DNA of 20,613 nt from a virus (IMGVR_UViG_3300038443_000757:1-20613), one strand, 5' to 3'; positions 1 to 8,157 are shown, numbered from the stretch's first letter. Program-made: numbers and translations. The notes: generated by a model not told the origin, from the letters alone.

Positions 1-8
1 TTGCGGAA

Positions 9-24
9 TGTTTCACGTGGAACA
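9..24. other. parS: parS-like site (Spo0J/ParB box)
   Basis: TGTTTCACGTGGAACA, the reverse complement of TGTTCCACGTGAAACA; lies between module core and RBS. Confidence 0.85.
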
Positions 25-55
25 TTCTAGCCTAAAAATAGAGGATGGATGAAAA

Positions 56-268
56 ATGATAATCAATAATAAACTGCTTAAAGCGTTAGATAATGCGGCT
101 ATTGAATATAATGTCGATTGGAACGCCGTTCATACGCCATTCGGAATTGTTTACGACATGTCTGATTCTTTTACAGGCAAAGAGCGCTATGAATTCGAAA
201 ATGGTTACACTTGCTTAACAGTCGAAAGTGTAGTTAAAGGATTGGAAGAAATGGCCGCTGATTTTTAG
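56..268 (+). CDS. Hypothetical protein, 70 aa, acidic
   Basis: RBS AGGATGGATGA then ATG; module hairpin overlaps the stop. Confidence 0.85.
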   Translation: MIINNKLLKALDNAAIEYNVDWNAVHTPFGIVYDMSDSFTGKERYEFENGYTCLTVESVVKGLEEMAADF

Positions 269-314
269 CGGCTTGTGTTGCGTGACCACTAAACAGCTAA
301 AGGATGGATGACAA

Positions 315-476
315 ATGACGTATCAAGTAGCAGTATGGGAAATCGGCAATAAATATAGTGGACAATGGATAACTGTACATAATGTGAAAAGCGAAAAAAG
401 TGCTCGTTCTACTGTTCGTCTTTCATATCCGCCGGACAAATACAAACAAGGCAAAGTAAAACAAGTAAACAGTTAA
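315..476 (+). CDS. Hypothetical protein, 53 aa, basic (MTYQVAVWEIGNKYSGQW...)
   Basis: Read by hand; RBS at 301-311, ATG 315, TAA 474-476. Confidence 0.8.
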   Translation: MTYQVAVWEIGNKYSGQWITVHNVKSEKSARSTVRLSYPPDKYKQGKVKQVNS

Positions 477-483
477 ATAAAAA

Positions 484-499
484 TGTTTCACGTGGAACA
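484..499. other. parS: parS-like site
   Basis: TGTTTCACGTGGAACA; its left half also forms the module hairpin with CGTGAAAC at 504-511. Confidence 0.85.
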
Positions 500-553
500 A
501 TCGCGTGAAACGTGTTGCGGCACTGCCGACAAAACTTAAAGGATGGATGAACA

Positions 554-820
554 ATGAGACTTACAAAAGAGGAAATGAAAGAACAACCTAGCAAGCCTTA
601 TGCACTTTGCGCAACTTCGTATCATGCTAAAATCGAAGTTTGGACTATTAACCATTTAGACTTTGATATCATCACTGCATCTATTGACAGCGGAGATATT
701 CGCAAATTTAAAATTCAAGAGGACAAAGAAGAACGTCAATATTTCACGATTCAAGGCAGGCGCGTATATTTGGATGAATGCGTTAAATATGGTTCGCCAT
801 GGCTTGCCGCTATTGAATAA
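554..820 (+). CDS. Hypothetical protein, 88 aa
   Basis: ORF track; module RBS at 540-550. Confidence 0.85.
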   Translation: MRLTKEEMKEQPSKPYALCATSYHAKIEVWTINHLDFDIITASIDSGDIRKFKIQEDKEERQYFTIQGRRVYLDECVKYGSPWLAAIE

Positions 821-890
821 CCTTAATAAGCTACGCCTAAACAGCGTAGCGTGTTGCGGTACCACTAAACAATAGAGGATGGATGATAAA

Positions 891-1121
891 ATGACACAAT
901 TTACAATGGAACAGCTTAAACAGAAAAACGCGTATGTAAAAATGGATACGGGTATTGGTTTTCCTGTCTACTTTACACGAACGCAAGCAGGAACATGGAA
1001 GCATAGCAAATTTGGTTATGAAATGTCATGCGGCGATTTACTGGATAGCATGAACAGCGGATTGTATAGCGCTGAACTATTGATTGCTAAAGACTTCGAT
1101 AATGACTATGCCGCATTTTAA
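891..1121 (+). CDS. Hypothetical protein, 76 aa
   Basis: ORF track 879..1121, start moved to the ATG after the RBS. Confidence 0.85.
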   Translation: MTQFTMEQLKQKNAYVKMDTGIGFPVYFTRTQAGTWKHSKFGYEMSCGDLLDSMNSGLYSAELLIAKDFDNDYAAF

Positions 1122-1168
1122 TGCGGCTTGTGTTGCGGTACCACTAAACAATAGAGGATGGATGAACA

Positions 1169-1369
1169 ATGTATGTAGTAGAATGCGAAGCTTTTATAAA
1201 TCGTGAACAAGAGGCATACGAAATGTCAAATGGAGGACGCATTTATGATATTTTATATTTCGTTGCTGTTAATGGTAGTCATGTCGTTAGTTCGATGCAA
1301 GAGGTATCAAAAGTAATAGATTTACTTTGTGAGGCTGGTTATGTTGTTAATATAAGCCGTTTTTCTTAA
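1169..1369 (+). CDS. Hypothetical protein, 66 aa
   Basis: ORF track; module RBS at 1155-1165. Confidence 0.85.
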   Translation: MYVVECEAFINREQEAYEMSNGGRIYDILYFVAVNGSHVVSSMQEVSKVIDLLCEAGYVVNISRFS

Positions 1370-1412
1370 ACAGGTTGCCCACTATTGATATAGTGGGCAG
1401 TGTTGCGGAAAA

Positions 1413-1428
1413 TGTTTCACGTGAAACA
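1413..1428. other. parS: parS-like site
   Basis: Perfect palindrome TGTTTCACGTGAAACA between core (1400) and RBS. Confidence 0.88.
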
Positions 1429-1460
1429 TTTCTAGCCTAAACAGAACAGGAATGATGAAC

Positions 1461-1841
1461 ATGGCAGTAACGACACGTAAAGCATTCAAGGAACAAGTAC
1501 AAGAACATATTTTATACATTATGTCAGATGAAGAAACAAATGACGTTAAAGAACAATTACAAAACGTTGTAGACGGTTTCAATAACTGGTACGATGCATA
1601 TGAAAAGAAACAGAATCCTAACAGATGGGCGGCTATGGCTGATTGGTTCATGGGCTTGCCTTCTGAAATTAGCGTTGAATATCGTCACTATGCAATTAGC
1701 GCACTTTTGCAACAATGGTTTGAAAATTGCGGCGAAGAATACAAGGAACGCGAAGGTAATGAAGAACAAACGTTTTATAATTCCTTGATTATTCGTGAAT
1801 TCCTTGTATTGTGCCGCAAATATGGTATTAATGCTTATTAA
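1461..1841 (+). CDS. Hypothetical protein, 126 aa, phage-type (DWFMGLPS motif)
   Basis: ORF track 1452..1841; RBS AGGAATGATGA at 1448-1458. Confidence 0.85.
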   Translation: MAVTTRKAFKEQVQEHILYIMSDEETNDVKEQLQNVVDGFNNWYDAYEKKQNPNRWAAMADWFMGLPSEISVEYRHYAISALLQQWFENCGEEYKEREGNEEQTFYNSLIIREFLVLCRKYGINAY

Positions 1842-1915
1842 AATTGTAAGGCCCGCCTAAACAGCGGGCAGTGTAGCGGACATACCGCAATAACATAAAA
1901 GGAATGATGAATAGT

Positions 1916-2131
1916 ATGACTAAAGTAGAAGCGGAAACAATGTTTAAAATGGAAATACTGCCGGGGCTTATTCGCGGTTTGGAATCTAATGGAATTATTG
2001 ATAAACCAGCACGTCGCATGGCATGGAATAACTTTGTGCAGGCATTATATGAAGACGGCGACATAACAGAAAAGCAATGTTATTCATGGGGCCATCCTGT
2101 ATGGCTTGAAACATGTTCCCCAAAAGGCTAA
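1916..2131 (+). CDS. Hypothetical protein, 71 aa (AWNNF...DGDITEKQ...W motif, reminiscent of small phage proteins)
   Basis: ORF track 1904..2131; RBS at 1900-1910. Confidence 0.85.
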   Translation: MTKVEAETMFKMEILPGLIRGLESNGIIDKPARRMAWNNFVQALYEDGDITEKQCYSWGHPVWLETCSPKG

Positions 2132-2147
2132 ACAACTAGGCCCAAAT

Positions 2148-2163
2148 TGTTCCACGTGAAACA
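2148..2163. other. parS: parS-like site
   Basis: TGTTCCACGTGAAACA at the centre of the extended inverted repeat 2140-2171. Confidence 0.9.
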
Positions 2164-2213
2164 ATTTGGGCAGTGTCGCGTTACCACTAAAAAATAGAAT
2201 GGATGGATGAACA

Positions 2214-2426
2214 ATGAGCATGAGAAATGAAGCCGTGAGAAGACTGGAAGCATTGCGGGAACGTGGTATTTCTGATACAGAAATATTAGAATACATTCTA
2301 TATCATTATTTAAGCGGCGACGCATCATGCGAAACGCTGGAAGCATTCGCACATTATGAATGTGATTTCTCTTTTGAAGAGGAAGAGGAAACAGAAGAGG
2401 AAACAGAAGAAGAGGAAGAGGATTAA
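2214..2426 (+). CDS. Hypothetical protein, 70 aa, with poly-Glu acidic tail
   Basis: ORF track; ends EEEEETEEETEEEEED. Confidence 0.85.
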   Translation: MSMRNEAVRRLEALRERGISDTEILEYILYHYLSGDASCETLEAFAHYECDFSFEEEEETEEETEEEEED

Positions 2427-2492
2427 AAGACGTGCCCGCCTAAACAGCGGGCCGTGTCGCGTTACCACTAAAACTTAAAGGATGGATGAAAA

Positions 2493-2663
2493 GTGAGATT
2501 ATACGTAGAAGAACAACATGTTGTAAATTCGAATGAGGTAGATTCTTTTATTGAAACAAAAGAGAAAAACGGGTTTACAGTCAAAGACATTTCATATTAC
2601 GTAGTTGACGAAAAAGTTAAAAAGCTTGTCATTATTGAAAAATGGAATAAATCAATTAGTTAA
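2493..2663 (+). CDS. Hypothetical protein, 56 aa (GTG start, MRLYVEEQHVV...)
   Basis: Read by hand; RBS at 2479-2489, TAA 2661-2663. Confidence 0.8.
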   Translation: MRLYVEEQHVVNSNEVDSFIETKEKNGFTVKDISYYVVDEKVKKLVIIEKWNKSIS

Positions 2664-2665
2664 AA

Positions 2666-2681
2666 TGTTTCACGTGGAACA
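2666..2681. other. parS: parS-like site
   Basis: TGTTTCACGTGGAACA; its right half pairs with ATGTTCCA (2689-2696) to form the module hairpin. Confidence 0.85.
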
Positions 2682-2736
2682 TTATCAAATGTTCCATTGT
2701 GTCGCGTTACCACTAAAACTTAAAGGATGGATGAAA

Positions 2737-3024
2737 ATGAAAACAGAATTTATCTATGTTAACGAAACGTCGAAGTTTTGGAAGCACTCATACAAAGTTT
2801 GGTTATCTGAATTTAATTACGTTATTGTTAATGCTGACTATGAACAAGATGCATTAGATTTTGCTATTGATTATGCAGAATCTCAAAATTGGAATGGATT
2901 ATTTTTAACAGAAGAAGAAAGAAAAGAAATAGAAAACGATGGTTTTTTAGATGACTATGTAAGTGGAGGTAATCACGGAAAATATCTTTCATCATTAAAT
3001 GTTACAATCGTTCAATTAGATTGA
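2737..3024 (+). CDS. Hypothetical protein, 95 aa, acidic
   Basis: 3' part of track ORF 2605..3024; start placed after the module RBS at 2724-2734. Confidence 0.85.
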   Translation: MKTEFIYVNETSKFWKHSYKVWLSEFNYVIVNADYEQDALDFAIDYAESQNWNGLFLTEEERKEIENDGFLDDYVSGGNHGKYLSSLNVTIVQLD

Positions 3025-3095
3025 ACCTAAACAGCCGCATAGTATTTATGCGGCTTGTGTTGCGTCATACTCTAAACAGAATAGGAATGATGAAT

Positions 3096-3329
3096 ATGGA
3101 AATTATCAAAAGGAAAACAGTGGAAATTAATAAATATGTGCATGTATCAATTGCCCATCGTAGCGATGGATTATTTGATGTTGCAGTTAAAACAAATTAT
3201 TTCCCTCCATTGACAAAATGGGAAATAGAAGAAAGTGAAGTACCAGCACGGGAAGGCATTTCAAGTATGCAGGTATATGGATATATTGAATACGAAGTTA
3301 AGCCAGCTTATTTATTTGAGAAAATTTAA
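3096..3329 (+). CDS. Hypothetical protein, 77 aa
   Basis: 3' part of track ORF 3021..3329; RBS at 3083-3093. Confidence 0.8.
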   Translation: MEIIKRKTVEINKYVHVSIAHRSDGLFDVAVKTNYFPPLTKWEIEESEVPAREGISSMQVYGYIEYEVKPAYLFEKI

Positions 3330-3340
3330 ACAAAACAAAA

Positions 3341-3356
3341 TGTTTCACGTGGAACA
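3341..3356. other. parS: parS-like site
   Basis: TGTTTCACGTGGAACA, inside the 71-bp repeat shared with 480-550. Confidence 0.85.
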
Positions 3357-3410
3357 ATCGCGTGAAACGTGTTGCGGCACTGCCGACAAAACTTAAAGGA
3401 TGGATGACAA

Positions 3411-3764
3411 ATGCAAGAACAAAAACAACTTATTACAGACGTTGAAGGCTTCGAACATGTAGAAGCGTTTTTAGTGCAAGCAGTGGGGAAACCGCTAAAG
3501 TTGCATATGAAAACATGCATGCCTAACAGCGATGAAACTTTTGTTGTTATTGCTGGCTTCGTTCATTCGTTTGAAATTCAGACATCATGCAATCGCGAAG
3601 GTTTTTGCATTCAATTAAGAAAACGTAACAGCGGATTATTTGACGGTACAGAAAACTTTTACGGCAACTTCGAAAAATTCGAATTGAAAACGTATGGAAT
3701 AAGTAAAGTTTTACGTGTTCTTTATAAAGATAAATCATTCTTTGAAATTGAAGTATTCATGTAA
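3411..3764 (+). CDS. Hypothetical protein, 117 aa
   Basis: ORF track; module RBS upstream. Confidence 0.85.
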   Translation: MQEQKQLITDVEGFEHVEAFLVQAVGKPLKLHMKTCMPNSDETFVVIAGFVHSFEIQTSCNREGFCIQLRKRNSGLFDGTENFYGNFEKFELKTYGISKVLRVLYKDKSFFEIEVFM

Positions 3765-3829
3765 TAATCTTGCCACGCTAAACAGCGTGGCGTGTCGCGT
3801 GACAACTAAAATAGATGGAGTGATGAAAA

Positions 3830-4018
3830 ATGGTTAAAGTTAATGAAATTGAAACTAGCTTTTACGAAGGCAAAGAAGTTAAAATAGTTTGCTTTTCTTG
3901 CCATCATGCAATATCTACACATGAAGTGACATTTGAAAGTGTTGTTAATAAACAGCGTATTCCACTATGTTATGAATGCCTTAAACAACTATTTAAAGAA
4001 ACAGCCGCTAATATATAG
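3830..4018 (+). CDS. Putative zinc-finger protein, 62 aa (CxxC...CxxC)
   Basis: CFSC...CYEC; RBS GGAGTGATGA. Confidence 0.75.
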   Translation: MVKVNEIETSFYEGKEVKIVCFSCHHAISTHEVTFESVVNKQRIPLCYECLKQLFKETAANI

Positions 4019-4070
4019 CGGCTTGTGTCGCGGTAAAACCGCTAAAACAAAAACAAAGGATGGATGACAA

Positions 4071-4499
4071 ATGTCTAAAGTAGAACACTTTCAATCTATT
4101 GTTAAATCTTATGGTGGATTTATTTTAAGCGATGGCACATGCAATCTTCAGCACATATTACCTAAAGCGTATGATTTATTAGAAGGCATGGAAGCTAACG
4201 AAGAATTACGCGCCTCTATCCTTACATGCTTCAACATTGAGGACATGGAATATGTTGAAAGTCATGGCTTGTTCATGTCACAATATCATGGAGAAGCTAC
4301 AATTCAAGAAAGTGCATATGAATCAGCTTCTTATGTTTGGAATGAAGACGTTTATAATTATTTCAACAACATTGCGCCTAGCGGCTATTATTTCGGCAGT
4401 AGTGAAGGCGATGGAGCTTGTATTGGATGGTTTAAAATTGAAGAAGAAGAATGTGAATGTGGAGATTTTGGTTGTAAAGTTTGTGGGGACGATGTTTAA
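4071..4499 (+). CDS. Hypothetical protein, 142 aa, acidic (APSGYYFGSSEGDG motif)
   Basis: ORF track; module RBS upstream. Confidence 0.88.
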   Translation: MSKVEHFQSIVKSYGGFILSDGTCNLQHILPKAYDLLEGMEANEELRASILTCFNIEDMEYVESHGLFMSQYHGEATIQESAYESASYVWNEDVYNYFNNIAPSGYYFGSSEGDGACIGWFKIEEEECECGDFGCKVCGDDV

Positions 4500-4568
4500 A
4501 ACACTAGGCACACTAAACAGTGTGCCGTGTCGCGTTAAACCAAACTAAACAGAATAGGAATGATGACT

Positions 4569-4691
4569 ATGCAAGAATTGAAAAACTATAAGAAAATGGA
4601 TTTAATTATTTTTATTTCTATTATATCTATCCCATTTACATTAGCTTTAATTGCTATCATTTATGCTATCTCATTTTTAGCGGCTAAATAG
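4569..4691 (+). CDS. Small membrane protein, 40 aa
   Basis: Read by hand; hydrophobic run LIIFISIISIPFTLALIAIIYAISFL; RBS at 4556-4566. Confidence 0.75.
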   Translation: MQELKNYKKMDLIIFISIISIPFTLALIAIIYAISFLAAK

Positions 4692-4738
4692 CCGCTTGTG
4701 TCGCGTTACACTCTAAAACAAAAAGGATGGATGAATGA

Positions 4739-5026
4739 ATGATTAAATTGACGCTTGAAGAATTGAAACAGCGTAAAGATAAATGGAAAACGGCTGTTAT
4801 TGTATTCGATCAAAAGAGTTTTGACGGGAATACTTACACACATGAAGAACGTTCTTACAAAGTTTCAAGCGATGCAAAATGGTTCGATGATAGTATGATT
4901 GGCATGTCTCTTATTGGCAACTGCTTGGACGGTATAGATTTAGGCGTTCGCCTTGACTTGTACATGAGATTGCTTCCAAGTGAAGGAACGCGATGGATTG
5001 TAGAATATTGCTACATTGTCGAATAA
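4739..5026 (+). CDS. Hypothetical protein, 95 aa (LDGxDxGVRLD...W-x-VEYCY motif, reminiscent of Bacillota mobile-element proteins)
   Basis: ORF track; module RBS at 4724-4734. Confidence 0.88.
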   Translation: MIKLTLEELKQRKDKWKTAVIVFDQKSFDGNTYTHEERSYKVSSDAKWFDDSMIGMSLIGNCLDGIDLGVRLDLYMRLLPSEGTRWIVEYCYIVE

Positions 5027-5093
5027 AACACAATGCCACGTATATAACGTGGCGTGTCGCGTTACCACTAAACAGTTAAAGGATGGATGAAAA

Positions 5094-5345
5094 ATGAAAT
5101 TGCAAAATGAGCTTCAAAATGTAGTTGATAAAATGGAAGAAATTAAAGAGAAGATTGGAAAACACGCGATAGCATTGAAAGAAAGTGGAAAATTTAAGGA
5201 CTTTGAAACAAGGCTTGCATGGGATTGCTTATATGCAGTAGTTGGAAGCAATACTATTTGTGAATGGTACAAAAAATATGACTGTAACGATAGTCATATT
5301 GAAACATTAGCAAAGAAAGCATTAAAGAAAGTTTATCAAATATAA
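5094..5345 (+). CDS. Hypothetical protein, 83 aa (RLAWD...NDSHIET motif)
   Basis: ORF track; module RBS upstream. Confidence 0.88.
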   Translation: MKLQNELQNVVDKMEEIKEKIGKHAIALKESGKFKDFETRLAWDCLYAVVGSNTICEWYKKYDCNDSHIETLAKKALKKVYQI

Positions 5346-5415
5346 ATAGAATGCCGCATGTTTTACATGCGGCTTGTGTTGCGTCAAACTACAATAACAA
5401 AGGATGGATGATAAA

Positions 5416-5625
5416 ATGATTAAAGTAACAGATAACGCATTAAACAAAGTTGGTCAAAGTGTAGATATTATTGTTCCTGTTTCACTCTTTAACAGAACAA
5501 AGAAAACAGTTAAACGTGTATTACATAAACGTCAAGCATTCGGCATGGATTTACTCTATGTACATTATGACGGTTTAAGTTTATTCGTAACAGAAGGCAA
5601 GAACGAAACATTTGTAATGCTTTAA
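5416..5625 (+). CDS. Hypothetical protein, 69 aa
   Basis: Track ORF 5404..5625, start moved to after the RBS. Confidence 0.85.
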   Translation: MIKVTDNALNKVGQSVDIIVPVSLFNRTKKTVKRVLHKRQAFGMDLLYVHYDGLSLFVTEGKNETFVML

Positions 5626-5639
5626 ATGTTTTATTGGAT

Positions 5640-5655
5640 TGTTTCACGTGAAACA
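5640..5655. other. parS: parS-like site
   Basis: TGTTTCACGTGAAACA inside the perfect 28-bp palindrome TTGGATTGTTTCACGTGAAACAATCCAA (5634-5661). Confidence 0.9.
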
Positions 5656-5704
5656 ATCCAAGTGTTGCGGACATACCGCAAATAACAGTAAGGGAATGAT
5701 GAAT

Positions 5705-5785
5705 ATGGCAAGTATGACAATTGAACAAATTAAACAATTAACGAGTAAAACAGTATGCCGCGCATGTCGCGGCAGTGTTGCGTGA
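5705..5785 (+). pseudogene. 26-codon ORF running into the next module; probable truncated cassette or micro-peptide
   Basis: MASMTIEQIKQLTSKTVCRACRGSVA; its TGA lies just after the core at 5775. Confidence 0.5.
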
Positions 5786-5812
5786 CCATTATAAAATAGA
5801 GGATGGATGAAA

Positions 5813-6061
5813 ATGAAAAACATTAAAACAGCAATAATTAACGTTTACGTTGAAATGGCTGGCAATACAGATGTTGTACTATTTGACAAACAATATTCTA
5901 AAGCTTTCTACATACCAGTAAGAGGACTAGAACACGAAAGCTTAAAAGAGTTAATCGAATTAGAATACTATGACGTTGAAGAAGTTAATGACACTATGAT
6001 TAATGAAATTATTTCCGCTATTAAATCAGTGGCATTACAGTTATCATTTATTGGCGACTAG
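5813..6061 (+). CDS. Hypothetical protein, 82 aa, acidic
   Basis: Track ORF 5807..6061; RBS at 5800-5810. Confidence 0.85.
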   Translation: MKNIKTAIINVYVEMAGNTDVVLFDKQYSKAFYIPVRGLEHESLKELIELEYYDVEEVNDTMINEIISAIKSVALQLSFIGD

Positions 6062-6165
6062 TTTTCTAGTCGCGGCGAAATTACAGATATGAAATAACAC
6101 AAACAGCCGCATGTTTTACATGCGGCTTGTGTCGCGGTACATTAAACAGTAAAGGATAGATGATG

Positions 6166-6309
6166 ATGAAAAAGATTAAAGTAAAACATACTTATACTTG
6201 TGTTGGATGCAAAGAACGAATTACAAGCAACATACCAAATAATACATTATGTTTATGGTGCCGTGCTAAACAGAACAGCAATAAAGAGTTAATGGAGGCT
6301 GTTAAATGA
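6166..6309 (+). CDS. Putative zinc-finger protein, 47 aa (CVGC...CLWC)
   Basis: Read by hand; RBS AGGATAGATGA. Confidence 0.7.
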   Translation: MKKIKVKHTYTCVGCKERITSNIPNNTLCLWCRAKQNSNKELMEAVK

Positions 6310-6395
6310 ATTACAACTATCGTTTAAATCGTAGCTTATTGGTCCTAGCATTCATTAATGGATTATTCTTATTATTCTACAAATTAGCGGCATAA
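6306..6395 (+). CDS. Small hydrophobic peptide, 29 aa
   Basis: Read by hand; GGAGG at 6294-6298; ATGA overlap with the upstream gene; ends inside the module hairpin. Confidence 0.6.
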   Translation: MNYNYRLNRSLLVLAFINGLFLLFYKLAA

Positions 6396-6450
6396 ACAGC
6401 CGCTAGTGTCGTGGTACATACCACAAATAACAGAAAAAGGAATGATTGAT

Positions 6451-6660
6451 ATGCAGAATTGGTATTTCGTTTGTTTTGTAAATGATAGGGTAATTCATGC
6501 CCAACATTTCCATACTGGTTATGAGAATGCACAACAAATTGCAAGCAACATGTATAATTTTGGTATAATTATTGAAGGCGAAACAGTAGAATTTACACGT
6601 GTTGTAGCTATATCAGAACAGCATGAAATTGCATTCGACGTTAGAGGACAAATTGACTAA
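6451..6660 (+). CDS. Hypothetical protein, 69 aa
   Basis: 3' part of track ORF 6406..6660; RBS AGGAATGATTGA. Confidence 0.82.
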   Translation: MQNWYFVCFVNDRVIHAQHFHTGYENAQQIASNMYNFGIIIEGETVEFTRVVAISEQHEIAFDVRGQID

Positions 6661-6722
6661 GCCGCTTATGCGGCTTGTGTCGTGGTACATACCACAAATA
6701 ACAATGAAGGATGGATGATAAA

Positions 6723-6971
6723 ATGAACGCGAAAAGAATTGTAGCATTAGGTGAAGAGGCAAACAAGTTTATTAGAAACATTGACAAGGTTGAAGCGCTG
6801 GAAAACAAAATTTCCGATATACTGGATAAAACGAAAGAAGCGGACTATTACGCTAATGATTTACAGAATTTATATGAAGCACTTACGACATTGCGCGAAG
6901 CAATGCAGGACGTGGACAATGCAATATCAAACATTCATTCCAGTGTTGAAGAGGATGAAGATAATTTGTAA
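6723..6971 (+). CDS. Hypothetical acidic coiled-coil protein, 82 aa
   Basis: Track ORF 6711..6971; heptad-like Leu/Ile pattern. Confidence 0.85.
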   Translation: MNAKRIVALGEEANKFIRNIDKVEALENKISDILDKTKEADYYANDLQNLYEALTTLREAMQDVDNAISNIHSSVEEDEDNL

Positions 6972-7030
6972 GCATAGCGCCTTAATTGGCGCGTGTCGCG
7001 TTACCATTATAAAACAAAGGAATGATGAAT

Positions 7031-7303
7031 ATGTGGCGTATTACTTATGATTGGCTAGACAAGAAAAAGATTAACATTCAATCTGCTAACTTCGATCAAA
7101 AAAAATGGGATGAATTGCCTAAAGAAGAAAAAACAAAAATCAAACTTTATGATGACGATGACAATCTGTATTACGATGGTGAAACGTCTTGGATTAATGC
7201 AGGCGAATCAAAAGCATTTCAGCCGCTTGACTGGGCGGCAGGATATGCAGGATGTACTTACATGAAGTATAAGGACAAAGATGGAGAATGGAAGGTGTTG
7301 TAA
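7031..7303 (+). CDS. Hypothetical protein, 90 aa (LYDDDDxxYYxG...PLD...AGCT motif)
   Basis: Track ORF 7022..7303; RBS upstream. Confidence 0.88.
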   Translation: MWRITYDWLDKKKINIQSANFDQKKWDELPKEEKTKIKLYDDDDNLYYDGETSWINAGESKAFQPLDWAAGYAGCTYMKYKDKDGEWKVL

Positions 7304-7304
7304 A

Positions 7305-7580
7305 ATGGGCAGAAGAAAAGTGGCTTATACAAAAGCAGAATGTCCACATTGTAAAAAATATTTCGGTAGAAATATGCTGGAGTATCATATTAGAGAAAAA
7401 TGTGTAATTGCAAAGAACAAGACTAATGGGTCAAAGGAAAAGATGCTTGCAGACAGATTAGAATATGTAAAAACTGCTACATTCGATGATTTAACATTAA
7501 CAATTGGTGAGATTCAAAAGGCTGGAAGATTAGAAGAATTCCAAGAATATTTTAAAAACATTACTAAACCCGCCGAATAA
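7305..7580 (+). CDS. C2HC-type zinc-finger protein, 91 aa
   Basis: CPHC-x11-H-x4-C; ATG 1 nt after the upstream stop. Confidence 0.75.
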   Translation: MGRRKVAYTKAECPHCKKYFGRNMLEYHIREKCVIAKNKTNGSKEKMLADRLEYVKTATFDDLTLTIGEIQKAGRLEEFQEYFKNITKPAE

Positions 7581-7608
7581 AGCGGGTTTTGTGTTGCGGA
7601 CTTCGCAT

Positions 7609-7624
7609 TGTTCCACGTGGAACA
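7609..7624. other. parS: parS-like site
   Basis: Palindrome TGTTCCACGTGGAACA between core (7591) and RBS. Confidence 0.85.
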
Positions 7625-7653
7625 TTATCAAACAATAGAGGATGGATGATAAA

Positions 7654-8091
7654 ATGAAATTGTTAGCAGATGTAGTAAAACGTGCAGAAGAAAAACAAAA
7701 CGCTGTTAATGCTACACATGTAAGAAAGGAAGAAGTTGAACAACTTTTCCTTTCCATCTGTTACAAGCACATGACAGAATTTAAATCAATCTTTAAAGTT
7801 GTGGAAACAAAAGATGCAATTAATAATAATGACCGCTGTTATGGTGCATTGATTCGCATTGCCGATCGTCCTACTTCATGGAGTAGTGATGGATGGAAAA
7901 TTGCAATTTCTGATACTTACAATAGAAAGACATGGGAAAAGGATGTTAGTTTACGTGTTGGATATAATGCTGGGACGTATGACGGCAAAAAGATTCCATT
8001 CGACTACAATCAAACAGATGTTCAACTTACATTATTGTTTGAAAATGCATTACGCTTGCTTGCTTCAATGAAACTGAATAGAATGATTTAA
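7654..8091 (+). CDS. Hypothetical protein, 145 aa
   Basis: Track ORF 7642..8091, start moved to after the RBS. Confidence 0.87.
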   Translation: MKLLADVVKRAEEKQNAVNATHVRKEEVEQLFLSICYKHMTEFKSIFKVVETKDAINNNDRCYGALIRIADRPTSWSSDGWKIAISDTYNRKTWEKDVSLRVGYNAGTYDGKKIPFDYNQTDVQLTLLFENALRLLASMKLNRMI

Positions 8092-8157
8092 CCTAAACAG
8101 CGGACATTAATTGTCCGCTTGTGTTGCGGTACCATTAAACTTTAGGGGATGATTGAA

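Noticed and set aside
830-858. Classical integron attC sites (GCCTAAAC resembles R'' RYYYAAC; GTTGCG resembles R' GTTRRRY)
   Set aside because: About half the cores read GTCGCG, the two boxes are not complementary ends of one hairpin, and there is no IntI gene in the window. Kept only as an analogy.
837-870. Sigma-D promoter (CTAAA as the -35 element)
   Set aside because: No CCGATAT-like -10 element at the expected spacing in the copy checked (837), and none noticed in the other modules.
2605-3095. Long N-terminal extensions given by the ORF track (2605, 3021, 6406 starts)
   Set aside because: They read through parS or module sequence; the module RBS marks the real downstream starts.
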